Source of the DNA: an uncultured Eubacteriales bacterium
Lineage (GTDB): Bacteria; Bacillota; Clostridia; Oscillospirales; Butyricicoccaceae
DNA: 64,000 nucleotides
NCBI GenBank assembly: GCA_910585875.1
Contig: CAJUIK010000003.1
Span: 2,212 to 66,211 of the forward strand
Direction of reading: 5' to 3'
Shown here: piece by piece, positions 28,330 through 38,670 of the stretch
How the letters are laid out: each line of letters starts with the position of its first letter
How positions within the stretch are numbered: the first letter of the stretch is position 1
Position numbers and translations under genes: made by a program
Notes under the pieces: model-generated
The model's input: only the letters and a program-made list of their open reading frames with translations
Told to the model about the DNA's origin: nothing
Databases searched by the model: none

Positions 28330-29289
28330 ATGTGGACTTATATTCTGAGAAGACTGCTGCAGGCCATCCCCACGCTGCTGGTCATCTCCTTCCTGATTTT
28401 TTCGCTGCTGTATATCACTCCCGGCGACCCGGTGGAGCTGATATTGGGCACCGAGGACGGCACGGTGACAGAAGAACAGCGGGCGGTGGTGGAGGAGCAG
28501 TGGGGGCTGGATAAGCCTTTTCTAATCCGGTACGCCAATTTCGTGCTCGACGCCTGCAAAGGGGATTTGGGGACGTCCTACGCCACCAATCAGGATGTGT
28601 TTGAAAGCATCATGGTGCGGATGCCCTCCACCCTGAAGCTGGCCGGCTTTTCCATGCTGCTGGCGCTGCTGATTTCCGTGCCCCTGGGCATTTTGGCGGC
28701 GTTGAAGCACAACAGCGTCTGGGATTCCCTGGCCACGGCGCTGGCCACTATCGGCGTCTCGCTGCCCAAGTTTTGGTTCGGCCTGGTGCTGATGATCGTC
28801 TTTGCCCTCAAGCTGGGCTGGCTGCCCAGCACGGGCTCCGCCGACCTGAGCCAGGGTCTGGGGACCTTTTTGAAGTATATCATCATGCCCGCTTCCTCTC
28901 TGGCCCTGGGCATGGCCGCCACCCAGACCAGAATGATCCGATCCAGTATGTTGGACGTGCTCAACCAGGACTATGTGCGCTATGCCCGCAGCAAGGGCCT
29001 GCGGGAGCGGGTGGTCATTTGGGGCCACGCGCTGAAAAACGCCATGATTCCGGTCATCACCGTCATCGGCGGTGAAATCGGCGGCCTGCTGGGCGGCGCC
29101 GTGGTAACGGAATCCATCTTTTCATGGCCCGGCGTAGGGCGGCTGGCCATGAACTCCATTTCCAAGCGGGATTACCCCATGATTCAGGGCATCACCCTGA
29201 CTCTTTGCATCAGCTATCTGCTGGTCAACCTGCTGATCGATATCGTTTACGCCTGGGTGGACCCCCGCATCCGCCTGGATAGAAAATAA
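28330..29289 (+). CDS. Opp/Dpp ABC permease (OppB/DppB-like)
   Basis: YILRRLL, PGDP, DYVRYARSKGL EAA loop, FSWPGVG, DPRIR. Confidence 0.93.
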   Translation: MWTYILRRLLQAIPTLLVISFLIFSLLYITPGDPVELILGTEDGTVTEEQRAVVEEQWGLDKPFLIRYANFVLDACKGDLGTSYATNQDVFESIMVRMPSTLKLAGFSMLLALLISVPLGILAALKHNSVWDSLATALATIGVSLPKFWFGLVLMIVFALKLGWLPSTGSADLSQGLGTFLKYIIMPASSLALGMAATQTRMIRSSMLDVLNQDYVRYARSKGLRERVVIWGHALKNAMIPVITVIGGEIGGLLGGAVVTESIFSWPGVGRLAMNSISKRDYPMIQGITLTLCISYLLVNLLIDIVYAWVDPRIRLDRK

Positions 29290-29306
29290 GAAGGAGGCGG
29301 CCTGTT

Positions 29307-30233
29307 ATGAGTGAAGAAAAGAAAACAATAGACCCCCAGCCGAAGGCTGCTTCCGCCGGCGAAATCGGTTTGGAATCTCTTCCTGTCACTACCTATTGGT
29401 CCGACGTGTTCCGCCGGTTCTGCAAAAATAAAATCGCCGTCGTCGGCTTTGTCATGCTGTTGATCATCGTGATTTTGTGCGCCGGCGCGCCCCTTTTCAC
29501 CAAATATGACCCGGTGCTGGATATGGACCTGGCCAATTTGCTCCAGCCCCCTGGAACGGAAGGGCATATTTTGGGCACCGACGACCTGGGCCGGGATATC
29601 TGGTGCCGCCTGCTTTACGGCGGCCGGACCTCTGTGCTCACCGGCCTGATTGTGGCCTTGGTCACCGCGGTGGTGGGCGTGGGCATCGGCTTAATCAGCG
29701 GCTATTTCGGCGGCGTTGTGGAGACGCTGCTCATGCGGTTTACCGATATCATGCTGTCCTTCCCCTTCCTGATTGTGGCCATCGCCATTATGGCGGCTCT
29801 GGGCTCCAGCCAGCGGAATATCATTCTGGCCCTGGCGATCGTGGGTTGGCCTCGGTTCGCCCGGCTCACCCGGGGACAGGTGCTGGCCGTCAAGCAATCG
29901 GAATATGTGGAATCTGCCCGGGTGGCCGGCTTCGGCAACCTGCGGATTATCCTAAACCACATCCTGCCCAACTGCATGGGCCCCATCATCATTCAGGCCA
30001 CCTTGGCCGTGGGCGGCGCCATCCTCTCGGCGGCCAGCCTGACCTATCTGGGCTTGGGCGCCGACGCGGCCGCGCCGGACTGGGGCATCATGCTCAGCCA
30101 GGGCCGGAATTACTTGCAGCTGGCCCCTTACCTGACCACAATCCCCGGCATCGCCATTTCCGTCACCGTGCTGGCCATGAACTGGATCGGCGACGGCCTG
30201 CGCGACGCCTTTGACCCCAAGATGAGAAAGTAG
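29307..30233 (+). CDS. Opp/Dpp ABC permease (OppC/DppC-like)
   Basis: LGTDDLGRD, EYVESARVAG, HILPN, GDGLRDAFDP. Confidence 0.93.
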   Translation: MSEEKKTIDPQPKAASAGEIGLESLPVTTYWSDVFRRFCKNKIAVVGFVMLLIIVILCAGAPLFTKYDPVLDMDLANLLQPPGTEGHILGTDDLGRDIWCRLLYGGRTSVLTGLIVALVTAVVGVGIGLISGYFGGVVETLLMRFTDIMLSFPFLIVAIAIMAALGSSQRNIILALAIVGWPRFARLTRGQVLAVKQSEYVESARVAGFGNLRIILNHILPNCMGPIIIQATLAVGGAILSAASLTYLGLGADAAAPDWGIMLSQGRNYLQLAPYLTTIPGIAISVTVLAMNWIGDGLRDAFDPKMRK

Positions 30234-30241
30234 GCGGCAAG

Positions 30242-31234
30242 ATGGCAAACGATAAATTTTTGACTGTTGAAAACCTGCGCACCTATTTTGACACCCCCGA
30301 GGGCCTGGTGAAATCGGTGGACGGCGTGTCCTTTTCCGTGGGCCGGGGCGAAACCCTGGCTCTGGTGGGGGAGAGCGGCTGCGGCAAAACCGTCACCTCC
30401 CTGTCGTTGATCCGCCTGCTGGCGGACACCGCCCGGGTTCAGGCCGATTACATGGAGGTGGACGGCCAGAAGATTCTGGATTTGACGAAGGATGAGGCCA
30501 GAAAGCTCCGGGGATCTAAAATCTCCATGATTTTTCAGGAACCCATGACCTCTCTGAACCCGGTTTATAAAATCGAGCGCCAGCTGGGCGAAGTATTCCG
30601 GCTTCATGAGCCGGGGCTCTCCAAACAACAGGTGTTTGAAAAATCTGTGGATATTCTCAAAAAAGTGGGCGTGCCCAACCCGGCGGAGCGGCTGAAGGTC
30701 TATCCTCACCAGCTTTCCGGCGGCCTGCGCCAGCGGGTGATGATCGCCATCTCCCTGGCCTCCAGCCCCCAGATGCTGATTGCCGACGAACCCACCACCG
30801 CCTTGGACGTGACCATCCAGGCCCAGATTATCGACCTGCTCAAGGAATTGCAGCGGGACATGAATATGTCCATCCTGCTGATCACCCATGATTTCGGCGT
30901 GGTTTCCCAAATCGCCGAGCGGGTGGCGGTGATGTACGCCGGCAAAATCGTGGAGGAAGGGCCGCTGGAGCAGATTTTTGAGGACCCCTGGCACCCCTAT
31001 ACCAGACTGCTGATCCTGTCCATTCCCGGCATCAAAGTGACCAGGGGCGGCCGGCTGGAATCCATCTCCGGCACAGTGCCGAACCCCCTCCATTTCCCCC
31101 AGGGGTGCCGGTTCGCGCCCCGCTGCCCAGACGCCATGGACATCTGCCGCAAGCAAGCGCCGGAGGAAACCGTCTGCGGCGACCGGAGAGTCAGCTGCTT
31201 TTTGAGGCGAGGGGAAGGTGAATCACATGAATGA
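30242..31234 (+). CDS. Opp/Dpp ABC ATP-binding protein (OppD-like)
   Basis: [36 protein letters not shown]. Confidence 0.94.
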   Translation: MANDKFLTVENLRTYFDTPEGLVKSVDGVSFSVGRGETLALVGESGCGKTVTSLSLIRLLADTARVQADYMEVDGQKILDLTKDEARKLRGSKISMIFQEPMTSLNPVYKIERQLGEVFRLHEPGLSKQQVFEKSVDILKKVGVPNPAERLKVYPHQLSGGLRQRVMIAISLASSPQMLIADEPTTALDVTIQAQIIDLLKELQRDMNMSILLITHDFGVVSQIAERVAVMYAGKIVEEGPLEQIFEDPWHPYTRLLILSIPGIKVTRGGRLESISGTVPNPLHFPQGCRFAPRCPDAMDICRKQAPEETVCGDRRVSCFLRRGEGESHE

Positions 31235-32204
31235 GACGAGATCCATTTTGAAAATCGACGATTTGCAGGTCCATTTCCCCATCAAAGCGGGGCTGATGCA
31301 GCGCACGGTAGGCGTGGTGCGGGCGGTGGACGGCGTCAGCCTGGATATCTGCCGAGGGGAGACCGTGGGCCTGGTGGGCGAGAGCGGCTGCGGCAAAACC
31401 ACCATCGGCCGGGCCATCGTGCGGCTCAACCAGCCCACCGGCGGACGGATCGTCTTTGACGAAAAAGAGGACATCCTGAAGCTGCAAGGCGCCGAACTGC
31501 GCCAGCTGCGCAAGAAGCTGCAAATCATTTTCCAAGACCCCTATTCTTCCCTGAACCCCCGGCAGACGGTGAAGCGGCTGATCAGCGAGGTGCTGACAGT
31601 GCAGATGGGCATGACGCAGGCCCAAGCTTTTGACAAGACGGCCGAGCTGCTGACTGCCGTGGGCCTGAGCCCGGTTTACGCCCAGCGGTATCCCCACGAG
31701 TTTTCCGGCGGTCAGCGCCAGAGGGTGGCCATCGCCAAGGCCATCGCCCTCCAGCCCGAGTTCTTGGTCTGCGACGAAGCGGTTTCCGCCCTGGACGTGT
31801 CCATCCAATCCCAGATTATCAACCTGTTGATGGACCTGAAGGAACAATACGGCAACATGACGTATCTGTTTATCTCTCACGCGCTGAACGTGGTGGAGCA
31901 TATCTCCGACCGGGTGGCGGTGATGTATTTGGGCAAAATCATGGAAACGGCCTCCACAGAGGAGCTGTTCAGCCACCCCCAGCACCCCTATACCCAGGCT
32001 CTGCTTTCCGCCATCCCCATTTTATCCGGCAGGAAGAAGCGGGAGCGCATTGTGCTCAAGGGCGAGGTCCCCTCCGCGGCCAACGTGCCGCCGGGATGCC
32101 GGTTCCATACCCGCTGCCCCTATGCGGAGCCCCGATGCGTTCAGGAGATCCCCGAGCTGCGGGAAGCGGCGCCCGGCCATCTGGTAGCCTGCCACAAAAT
32201 CTAA
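31227..32204 (+). CDS. Opp/Dpp ABC ATP-binding protein (OppF-like)
   Basis: [32 protein letters not shown]; start 31227 (GAAGGTGA RBS) or 31218. Confidence 0.94.
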   Translation: MNETRSILKIDDLQVHFPIKAGLMQRTVGVVRAVDGVSLDICRGETVGLVGESGCGKTTIGRAIVRLNQPTGGRIVFDEKEDILKLQGAELRQLRKKLQIIFQDPYSSLNPRQTVKRLISEVLTVQMGMTQAQAFDKTAELLTAVGLSPVYAQRYPHEFSGGQRQRVAIAKAIALQPEFLVCDEAVSALDVSIQSQIINLLMDLKEQYGNMTYLFISHALNVVEHISDRVAVMYLGKIMETASTEELFSHPQHPYTQALLSAIPILSGRKKRERIVLKGEVPSAANVPPGCRFHTRCPYAEPRCVQEIPELREAAPGHLVACHKI

Positions 32205-32218
32205 AGGCAAACCCACGC

Positions 32219-32248
32219 AAAAAAGCCGGCTGGAAAGCCGGCTTTTTG
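32219..32248 (+). terminator. Intrinsic terminator of the first opp/dpp operon
   Basis: AAAAAGCCGGC-TGGAAA-GCCGGCTTTTT. Confidence 0.8.
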
Positions 32249-32473
32249 TCGGATCGAGCTGGAAAAGGGGGGAAGCCGACTGGCGGATTTTGTCCTTTGG
32301 CGCTCGGAGATAAATGTTTACCCTTTGCCGGTTGACAACCCCGGCGCCGGGCCGATACAATAGGGGAAAACGGCCGCCGGCCGCTCCCTGGGTTCGCTGG
32401 GGCAAAAGCGTCCGGGCGTCCGGCGCCTCGTTGACGACATAACAAGATTGTATGAGAAGGAGGTCGCTGAATA

Positions 32474-33289
32474 TTGGTCAGCCCCTGGTCTATTGCGGCG
32501 ATGGTTTTCACCTTGGCCGCGGCGATTTTTGCGCCTATCCTCCTGCTGGCGGTGTTGTGCGCCGCCAAGATCCTGTCCTGGAAGAGCGCGATTGCCGGTT
32601 TCTTTTTATACGCCGCCTGCCAGACCTGCCTGCGCCTACCCCTGCTCTGGCTGGCCTATCAGGCGCCGGGGCTGGGGCGTCTGGGCGCCGTGGGCGGCGC
32701 TTGTCTGATGGCGCTTTCCGCCGTGCTGGCGGAAGAGGGCGCCAGGCTGGCCGGCGGCAAATTCCTCAGCCGGGGCGGAGGGCGTCTGGGCGCCCGGGAC
32801 GCGTTGGGATACGGCTTGGGACATTGCGTGGCCGAAACTTTTTTTGTGATGGGGATCGCCAGCTTTACCAACCTGGCCTTGGCTTTTGCCTTGAACAACA
32901 CCGGCCTGGCTGGCTACAGCCAGGCTTTTGGCCAGCAGGCCGCCTTGGAAGTCTATCAGACGCTGACCAACACCCCGCCCCTCCAGTTTGCCGCCGGCGG
33001 CTTGGAGCGGGCCGCTTACCTGGTGATCCAGCCTGGGTTGACTCTCCTGGTTTTCTACGGCCTGCGGGCGGGCCGAAAGCGCTATATCGCCCTGGCGGCG
33101 GGGATTCATTTTCTGCTGGTTATGGGGACGGCGCTGATGCAGCCCCACGGCCTGTGGGCGGGGGAATGTTACATCCTGCTGGCGGCCGGGTTGATATTCT
33201 CCCTGTGCCGGCCGCTGCTGGAGCGCTATTGGCGGGCCGACCAAGCCGGGCCGGGAAAAGCGGCCGAGCCGGCGGAACAAGGGAAATAA
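32474..33289 (+). CDS. YhfC-family intramembrane protease-like protein
   Basis: Multi-TM; LAEEGAR, YGLGHCVAE, GLER, IH motifs; AAGGAGG RBS before TTG; upstream TTGACA..TACAAT. Confidence 0.75.
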   Translation: MVSPWSIAAMVFTLAAAIFAPILLLAVLCAAKILSWKSAIAGFFLYAACQTCLRLPLLWLAYQAPGLGRLGAVGGACLMALSAVLAEEGARLAGGKFLSRGGGRLGARDALGYGLGHCVAETFFVMGIASFTNLALAFALNNTGLAGYSQAFGQQAALEVYQTLTNTPPLQFAAGGLERAAYLVIQPGLTLLVFYGLRAGRKRYIALAAGIHFLLVMGTALMQPHGLWAGECYILLAAGLIFSLCRPLLERYWRADQAGPGKAAEPAEQGK

Positions 33290-33541
33290 AGGCCCAGCGG
33301 GCCAGAGGCCGGGACCCATCAGGGGCCCGGCCTTTTGGCAAGTCAAAGTCCGTCGGAAAGAGAGGGAATAAATTCTATAAAAATCTCCGCCCTCTGGGGG
33401 AGAATTTTCTTGCCGCCAGAGCGGGTGATACGATATAATAGAATAATCATAGCAGCGTCGGCTGCGAATACCAGAAAGATGCAATTTCAGCAAAATAGGA
33501 CCGCAAGGACAGCGGTTTTCAAAAAGGGAGGCGCTGAAACC

Positions 33542-35278
33542 ATGAAGATACGCGAACTGAAGGAAATGATCCGCACTTGGTGGGATGAAGACGAGCCGGA
33601 AGACCAGGCGGAAAGCATTGTAGAGAATGGCGCCGACTCTCTGCCGGACAACTGGAAGAAAGAAGAGGAAAAAAAGGACCCGCTGGCGCCGCCTTCCAAA
33701 GAGGAAGAGCATATGATCAAGCTGGCGGCGGATCATCCGCTGAACCGGCTGCACGCCCTGCGCGGAAGCGAAAAAAAGGGCAAGATGCCGCCGCCCCGCA
33801 TATGTGTGGATGAAAAGGGGGTTTTGCCCGAAGATCTGGCCAAAAAAGAGACGCCCCGGCTGCGGCAGGCCCTGACGGCCGCCAGCCTTTCCCGGCTGAA
33901 CAAGGCCAAACCGCGGAAAGACAACCCGCCCCCGGATTTAGACGCAGAGGTCTGGTTTTATCTTTCCGCCGACAAGCTGGCGGCCTGGATGCTGGTGTTC
34001 CCGCCGGCAGGCGTGGGCCAGCAAATCAACCGGGACATGATTTACCGGGGCCTGAAAGCCAAGGGGATTACCTATGGCGTGGATAAAACCCTGGCGGACC
34101 GGCTTTCCCGAGACGAGCACCGATACTGTACGCTGTACGTTATCGCCGTAGGCGTGCCCGCGTTCAACGGCAAAAACGGCAATATTGTGGACGCGTTCCC
34201 CCGGGGAGCTCAACGTTTTCTGGATACGGACGAATACGATCAGGTGGATTACACCAACCTGAATTGGATACAGAATGTGGAACAAGGGGACGAAATCTGC
34301 CGGCTGATTTTGCCCACAGAAGGGGAGCCGGGGGTCAACGTGCTGGGCCAGGAGATCCCGGCCAAAAGCGGCAAGGCGGCGGTTTTGCCCAAGGGCCGCA
34401 ACACGGAAATCAGCGAGGACGGAACCCGGCTGCTGGCGCAGCTGCCGGGCCATGTGGAGTTCACAAACCGGGCCTTCCATGTGAAGCCAGTGTTGGAAAT
34501 CAGCGAAAATGTGGATTTTTCCACAGGGGATATCAAATTCCTGGGCGACGTCCACGTCCATGGCGACGTGTGCAGCGGATTTACCGTCCGGGCCCAGGGA
34601 AACGTCCAGGTGGACGGCGTCATCGAAGCGGGCAGCATTGTGGAAGCCGGCGGCGACCTGATGGTGACCAAGGGAATCCTGGGCGACGGCGAGACGGTGA
34701 TCCGAGGGCGGCGGGGCGTTTTTGCCAAATATATGGAGGGCGTCACCGCTTATGTCCGGGAAAACCTGCAAACCGACTGCCTTGTCAACTGCGAGGTCTA
34801 TTGCGACGGCGACGTTCAGGTGGAGTCCGGCCGGGGAACCATCATCGGCGGCCAGGTTTGGGCGGCCCAAAAGGTGGCGGCCCGGATTGTGGGCGCCAAA
34901 TCCGAATGCCGCACCACCATTACCCTGGGAGGCCAACCCTGCGCCACGGCCGAGCGCAAGCGGCTGCTGGAGGAAATTGACGAGCTGGAAAAAGAGCTGG
35001 AAAAGGCGGAAACCCAGCTGGACAGCCCCGCCCGCGCCGCCAAGCTCAGCCGCAGCAAGGTTCGGCTGCCGGCGGCCAAGCTCAAGCTGAACCAGCTGGA
35101 TAAAGAGCTGGAAGAATATGAAGACGAAAACAATGAAGAAAACGACCGCCGCCGTCTGGAATGCGGCATCGCGTACCCCGGCACAGAGATCATCATCGAC
35201 GAAGAGCGCATGGTCCTGCGCCAGGAAAAGCGCCAGTGTATCGCCAAGCTGTTGCTGGGCGAAATCATACTGATGTAG
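33542..35278 (+). CDS. FapA/DUF342 family protein
   Basis: GITYGVD, NVEQGDEIC, GVNVLG, VDFSTGDIKFLGDVHVHGDV, GTIIGG, IAYPGTEI; GGGAGG RBS. Confidence 0.85.
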   Translation: MKIRELKEMIRTWWDEDEPEDQAESIVENGADSLPDNWKKEEEKKDPLAPPSKEEEHMIKLAADHPLNRLHALRGSEKKGKMPPPRICVDEKGVLPEDLAKKETPRLRQALTAASLSRLNKAKPRKDNPPPDLDAEVWFYLSADKLAAWMLVFPPAGVGQQINRDMIYRGLKAKGITYGVDKTLADRLSRDEHRYCTLYVIAVGVPAFNGKNGNIVDAFPRGAQRFLDTDEYDQVDYTNLNWIQNVEQGDEICRLILPTEGEPGVNVLGQEIPAKSGKAAVLPKGRNTEISEDGTRLLAQLPGHVEFTNRAFHVKPVLEISENVDFSTGDIKFLGDVHVHGDVCSGFTVRAQGNVQVDGVIEAGSIVEAGGDLMVTKGILGDGETVIRGRRGVFAKYMEGVTAYVRENLQTDCLVNCEVYCDGDVQVESGRGTIIGGQVWAAQKVAARIVGAKSECRTTITLGGQPCATAERKRLLEEIDELEKELEKAETQLDSPARAAKLSRSKVRLPAAKLKLNQLDKELEEYEDENNEENDRRRLECGIAYPGTEIIIDEERMVLRQEKRQCIAKLLLGEIILM

Positions 35279-35406
35279 TCGCGGCGGCGCGACGGCCGCA
35301 ACCTGCGTCGGCGCGGCGAGTTGTTGGGGCATGGCGCTCGAGGTAGGGGCCTTTGTCCCTCGAAAAAGCTATCAAATCCCCATTTGCAGAAAGTTTTTTG
35401 ATAGTA

Positions 35407-35442
35407 TAAAAAATAATCCCCCGATTGGGGGATTATTTTTTT
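35407..35442. terminator. Bidirectional intrinsic terminator
   Basis: AAAAAATAATCCCCC-GATT-GGGGGATTATTTTTT. Confidence 0.8.
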
Positions 35443-35618
35443 GGCCCTTTTGGAGACAGAGGATGGGGCGCGTCGGCGGGGATTTTCCAGCGCCTGTTCT
35501 CCTGTGCGGCGCCTGGGATTTTTCCATGGCGGCATAGCTCGCTCACCCTATCAGGGAAGATATTCCAGCGCATGGCCGCCTCCCTTGTAGTCATGTAGCG
35601 CTTTGGATTGTTTTCCAT
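35433..35618 (-). CDS. Small excisionase-like helix-turn-helix DNA-binding protein
   Basis: YMTTREAAMRWNI..RVSELCRHGKIPGA..WKIPADA; AGGAGGAGG RBS. Confidence 0.78.
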   Translation of the reverse strand: MENNPKRYMTTREAAMRWNIFPDRVSELCRHGKIPGAAQENRRWKIPADAPHPLSPKGPKK

Positions 35619-35779
35619 TTTCCTCCTCCTAATTTTTTGAAGTGGGGAATTAAAATATAGATTATGTAGATAATATATCTTTATTTTCGATATGTCAAGT
35701 GTGGTGACTTCTTAAATGCGACAGAAATTGAAAATAGGAGATTTATAATATCTATATATCGGATGAAGGAGGGCGATTT

Positions 35780-36109
35780 GTGGAGGAGTATTTGGACTAT
35801 CTGAAATGGATCGCTCAGCGAATTGAAGAGCTCCGAGTACAGAGAGGCGTTTCGGCCAGGGAAATGAGTCTGGCTTTGGGGCAGAGTACAGGCTATATCA
35901 ACAAAATAGAAACTGGTAGGGCGTTGCCCTCAGTTCCCGGTTTGATTTATATCTGCGAATATTTTGGAATCACGCCCCAGGAATTTTTCAATGTGGAGTC
36001 TCCCGCGCCTCAGCGGAGCAAGGAGATCCTGCGGGAGATTGAAAAGCTGGACGCCATGCAGATCGATCACCTGATGCTGATTGTCAAAGATATCTTGGGC
36101 AAAAAATAA
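35780..36109 (+). CDS. XRE-family HTH transcriptional regulator
   Basis: RIEELRVQRGVSAREMSLALGQSTGYINKIETGRALPS; AAGGAGG RBS. Confidence 0.88.
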   Translation: MEEYLDYLKWIAQRIEELRVQRGVSAREMSLALGQSTGYINKIETGRALPSVPGLIYICEYFGITPQEFFNVESPAPQRSKEILREIEKLDAMQIDHLMLIVKDILGKK

Positions 36110-36219
36110 AGCCGCAAGCGAAAATCGCCTGCGGCTTTTGCGTTGCTCATAGCGCCGTCTTATCGAAAGCAATAAAAAATTACAGGAATCAGCTCTTTTT
36201 GAGCAATTCCCGTAATTTT

Positions 36220-36295
<76 letters not shown>

Positions 36296-36441
36296 ATATG
36301 GTCCGGCAGCTCAGGGCTTTCTGCAGCGCCCTGACTCCCGGTATATCGCTGTCTCTCGACTGCTTGTTTATGATACCACAGGGGATTGAGATTGTCAACG
36401 GTTTTTTTGAAAAAATTCTGAAGAAATTTTTCGCGGCCAGA

Positions 36442-36636
36442 TTACAGCTGCATGACGAAGGCTTTGACGTCTTCCAGCTCCTTTGTCAGCGGCACGCTGA
36501 TGACCTTGGAAAGGGCTTGGTTCAGCTCCTGGTACTGGTTGCCGGTGGTTTCCACCGGGTCGAAGCGATGGGCCTTGAGACGCTGAATCCGGCTGTCCAG
36601 CTCCTGGATGATTTCACTTTTGATATTCTGAGACAT
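36442..36636 (-). CDS. Small hypothetical helical protein
   Basis: 64-aa ORF with AAGGAGG RBS and an upstream sporulation-type promoter. Confidence 0.7.
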   Translation of the reverse strand: MSQNIKSEIIQELDSRIQRLKAHRFDPVETTGNQYQELNQALSKVISVPLTKELEDVKAFVMQL

Positions 36637-36664
36637 GGTTTGTCCTCCTTGGGCGTTTTGAATT

Positions 36665-36693
36665 CAGTATGCCCCCGGTCGGGCGGAATATGC
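36665..36693 (-). promoter_or_regulatory. Putative sigma-F/sigma-G (forespore) promoter
   Basis: GCATA-15bp-GGCATACT on the minus strand. Confidence 0.5.
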
Positions 36694-36835
36694 CCGCCGC
36701 CAAAGGACGGAAAAAGGAGGATTGGTGAAAACGACGGAAAAATCAAAAAATTATACTATTATTTTATGCAAAATTTCCTCTTTACAACCCCAAAAAAGAG
36801 GCGTAAACTGAAACACAAGTTCACAGCGAACAAAG

Positions 36836-37141
36836 ACAGCGAAGAGAAGAGTAAGCGCAAGAAGCCTTTTACAGAGAGCCCGGGCAGCTGAAAACGGGCA
36901 AAGAGCGGCGGCGCCGAACATGGTCTTGGAGTCGTGCCCCGAGCGGAGGTTCCGTCAGGCGGCGACGGGTTTGCCCGTTACAGCAATAGAGTATCGGTTT
37001 CCCCGGTTTTCCCAGAGGGCGGCCCGTACTTGAAGAGGCGCTGGGCCGCGAGGCCGGCGTGAAGTAAGGTGGTAACGCGGAAGTTTTTGCAGGCTCCCGC
37101 CCTTACAGGCAATTTGTCTGGATGGGCGAGGGCCTTTTTTG
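36836..37141 (+). ncRNA. T-box riboswitch leader, Met specifier
   Basis: AGAGA and GCTGAAA stem I motifs, GAAC-ATG specifier (36920-36922), T-box AAGGTGGTAACGCG (37066-37079), terminator ending GGGCCTTTTTT. Confidence 0.9.
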
Positions 37142-37177
37142 CGTCCTTCCAGCGGAATTCTGAAGGAGGGACGAGGG

Positions 37178-37921
37178 ATGATCTCAGTACAAAACGTGAC
37201 GAAAATTTTTGAAACCAAAGGGGGCCGGGTGGAGGCCCTGCGCAATGTGTCGCTGGAGGTGGCGGAGGGGGAAATCTGCGGCGTCGTCGGCGCCAGCGGC
37301 GCGGGCAAAAGCACCTTGCTGCGCTGCATGGCGCTGCTGGACCAGCCCACCCGGGGAAAGGTGAGCTTGGACGGCGTCTGCTGCGGCGGGCTGAGCCGGG
37401 CCCAGACGCTGGCTCTGCGCCGGCAGATCGGCGTGGTTTTTCAGGGCTACGGGCTGTTGGCCCAGCGGACGGCGGCGCAAAACGTCGCCCTGCCTTTGGA
37501 GCTGGCGAAAACGCCCAAAAAGCAGGCTCTGGCCCGGGCGGAGCAGCTGCTGGAGGCGGTGGGCCTGGCGGATAAGGCCCAGGCATATCCCAGCCAGCTT
37601 TCCGGCGGCCAGCGCCAGCGGGTCGCCATCGCCCGGGCTCTGGCGGCCAATCCCAAGGCGCTGCTGTGCGACGAGCCCACCAGCGCCCTGGACCCGCTGA
37701 GCGCCCAATCGGTTTTGGAGCTGCTGGAGCAGCTCAACCGGCAGTTCGGCGTGACCATCGTCATCATCACCCATCAGCTTCAGGCGATCCGAGCCCTATG
37801 CCGCCGGGCGGCGGTGATCGACCAGGGGGAGTTCGCGGAGCAGGGGGAGACCGAGCAGCTCTTCACGGCGCCCCGCAGCCCCGTCACCCGCAGGCTGTTG
37901 GCGGAGGCGAAACTGGCATGA
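37178..37921 (+). CDS. metN: Methionine ABC transporter ATP-binding protein
   Basis: GASGAGKSTLLRC, YPSQLSGGQRQRVAIARALA, CDEPTSALDP; Met T-box upstream. Confidence 0.85.
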   Translation: MISVQNVTKIFETKGGRVEALRNVSLEVAEGEICGVVGASGAGKSTLLRCMALLDQPTRGKVSLDGVCCGGLSRAQTLALRRQIGVVFQGYGLLAQRTAAQNVALPLELAKTPKKQALARAEQLLEAVGLADKAQAYPSQLSGGQRQRVAIARALAANPKALLCDEPTSALDPLSAQSVLELLEQLNRQFGVTIVIITHQLQAIRALCRRAAVIDQGEFAEQGETEQLFTAPRSPVTRRLLAEAKLA

Positions 37922-38586
37922 GAGAATTCTTCCAGGAATACGGGACTATGCTGCTTCAGGGCGCTGGGGAAACCCTGTATATGACGGCGGGCGCCCTGTT
38001 TTTCTCCTATCTGCTGGGCCTGCCTCTGGGCGTGCTGATGGCGTTGACGGCGCCGGGCGGCCTGCGCCCCAACCGGGCCCTGAACGGCCTGTTGGAATGG
38101 CTGACTGGGCTGACCCGATCCATTCCCTTTGTCATCCTGATGATCGCCGTTATTCCCCTAACCCGTCTGATAGCGGGAACCAGCATCGGCCCCACGGCGG
38201 CCATCGTGCCCCTGGTGATCGGCGCGGCGCCCTTTGCCGGGCGGATGGTGGAAAGCGCCCTGAAAGAGGCGGACCCCGCCGCGGTGGAATCCGTCCAGGC
38301 CATGGGGGCCACAAATTGGCAGATTGTCCGCAAAGCGCTGTTGCCCGAGGCGGCGCCCGCCCTGCTGCGGGGCTGCTCCATCACCGCCGTGACGCTGACC
38401 GGCTATTCCGCCATGGCCGGCATTGTGGGCGGCCGGGGGCTGGGGGATATCGCCATTCGCTATGGCTATCATCGGTATGAATATGGCGTGATGCTGGCCA
38501 CCATCCTGCTGCTGGCCTGTATCGTTCAGGCAATTCAGTGGACCTTTGATCTCCTGGTCCGGCGGATTGACAAGCGGAACCCATAG
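37918..38586 (+). CDS. metI: Methionine ABC transporter permease
   Basis: ETLYM, RSIPFVILM, GTSIG, YSAMAGIVG..GLGDIAIRYGY. Confidence 0.9.
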   Translation: MREFFQEYGTMLLQGAGETLYMTAGALFFSYLLGLPLGVLMALTAPGGLRPNRALNGLLEWLTGLTRSIPFVILMIAVIPLTRLIAGTSIGPTAAIVPLVIGAAPFAGRMVESALKEADPAAVESVQAMGATNWQIVRKALLPEAAPALLRGCSITAVTLTGYSAMAGIVGGRGLGDIAIRYGYHRYEYGVMLATILLLACIVQAIQWTFDLLVRRIDKRNP

Positions 38587-38670
38587 AGAAAGGGCCTTTT
38601 TGCGGCGAAAGCGGCAGCAAGAAAATACGATAAAACAAAAAATAATCTGAGAAAATTGGAGGAAATCAAT

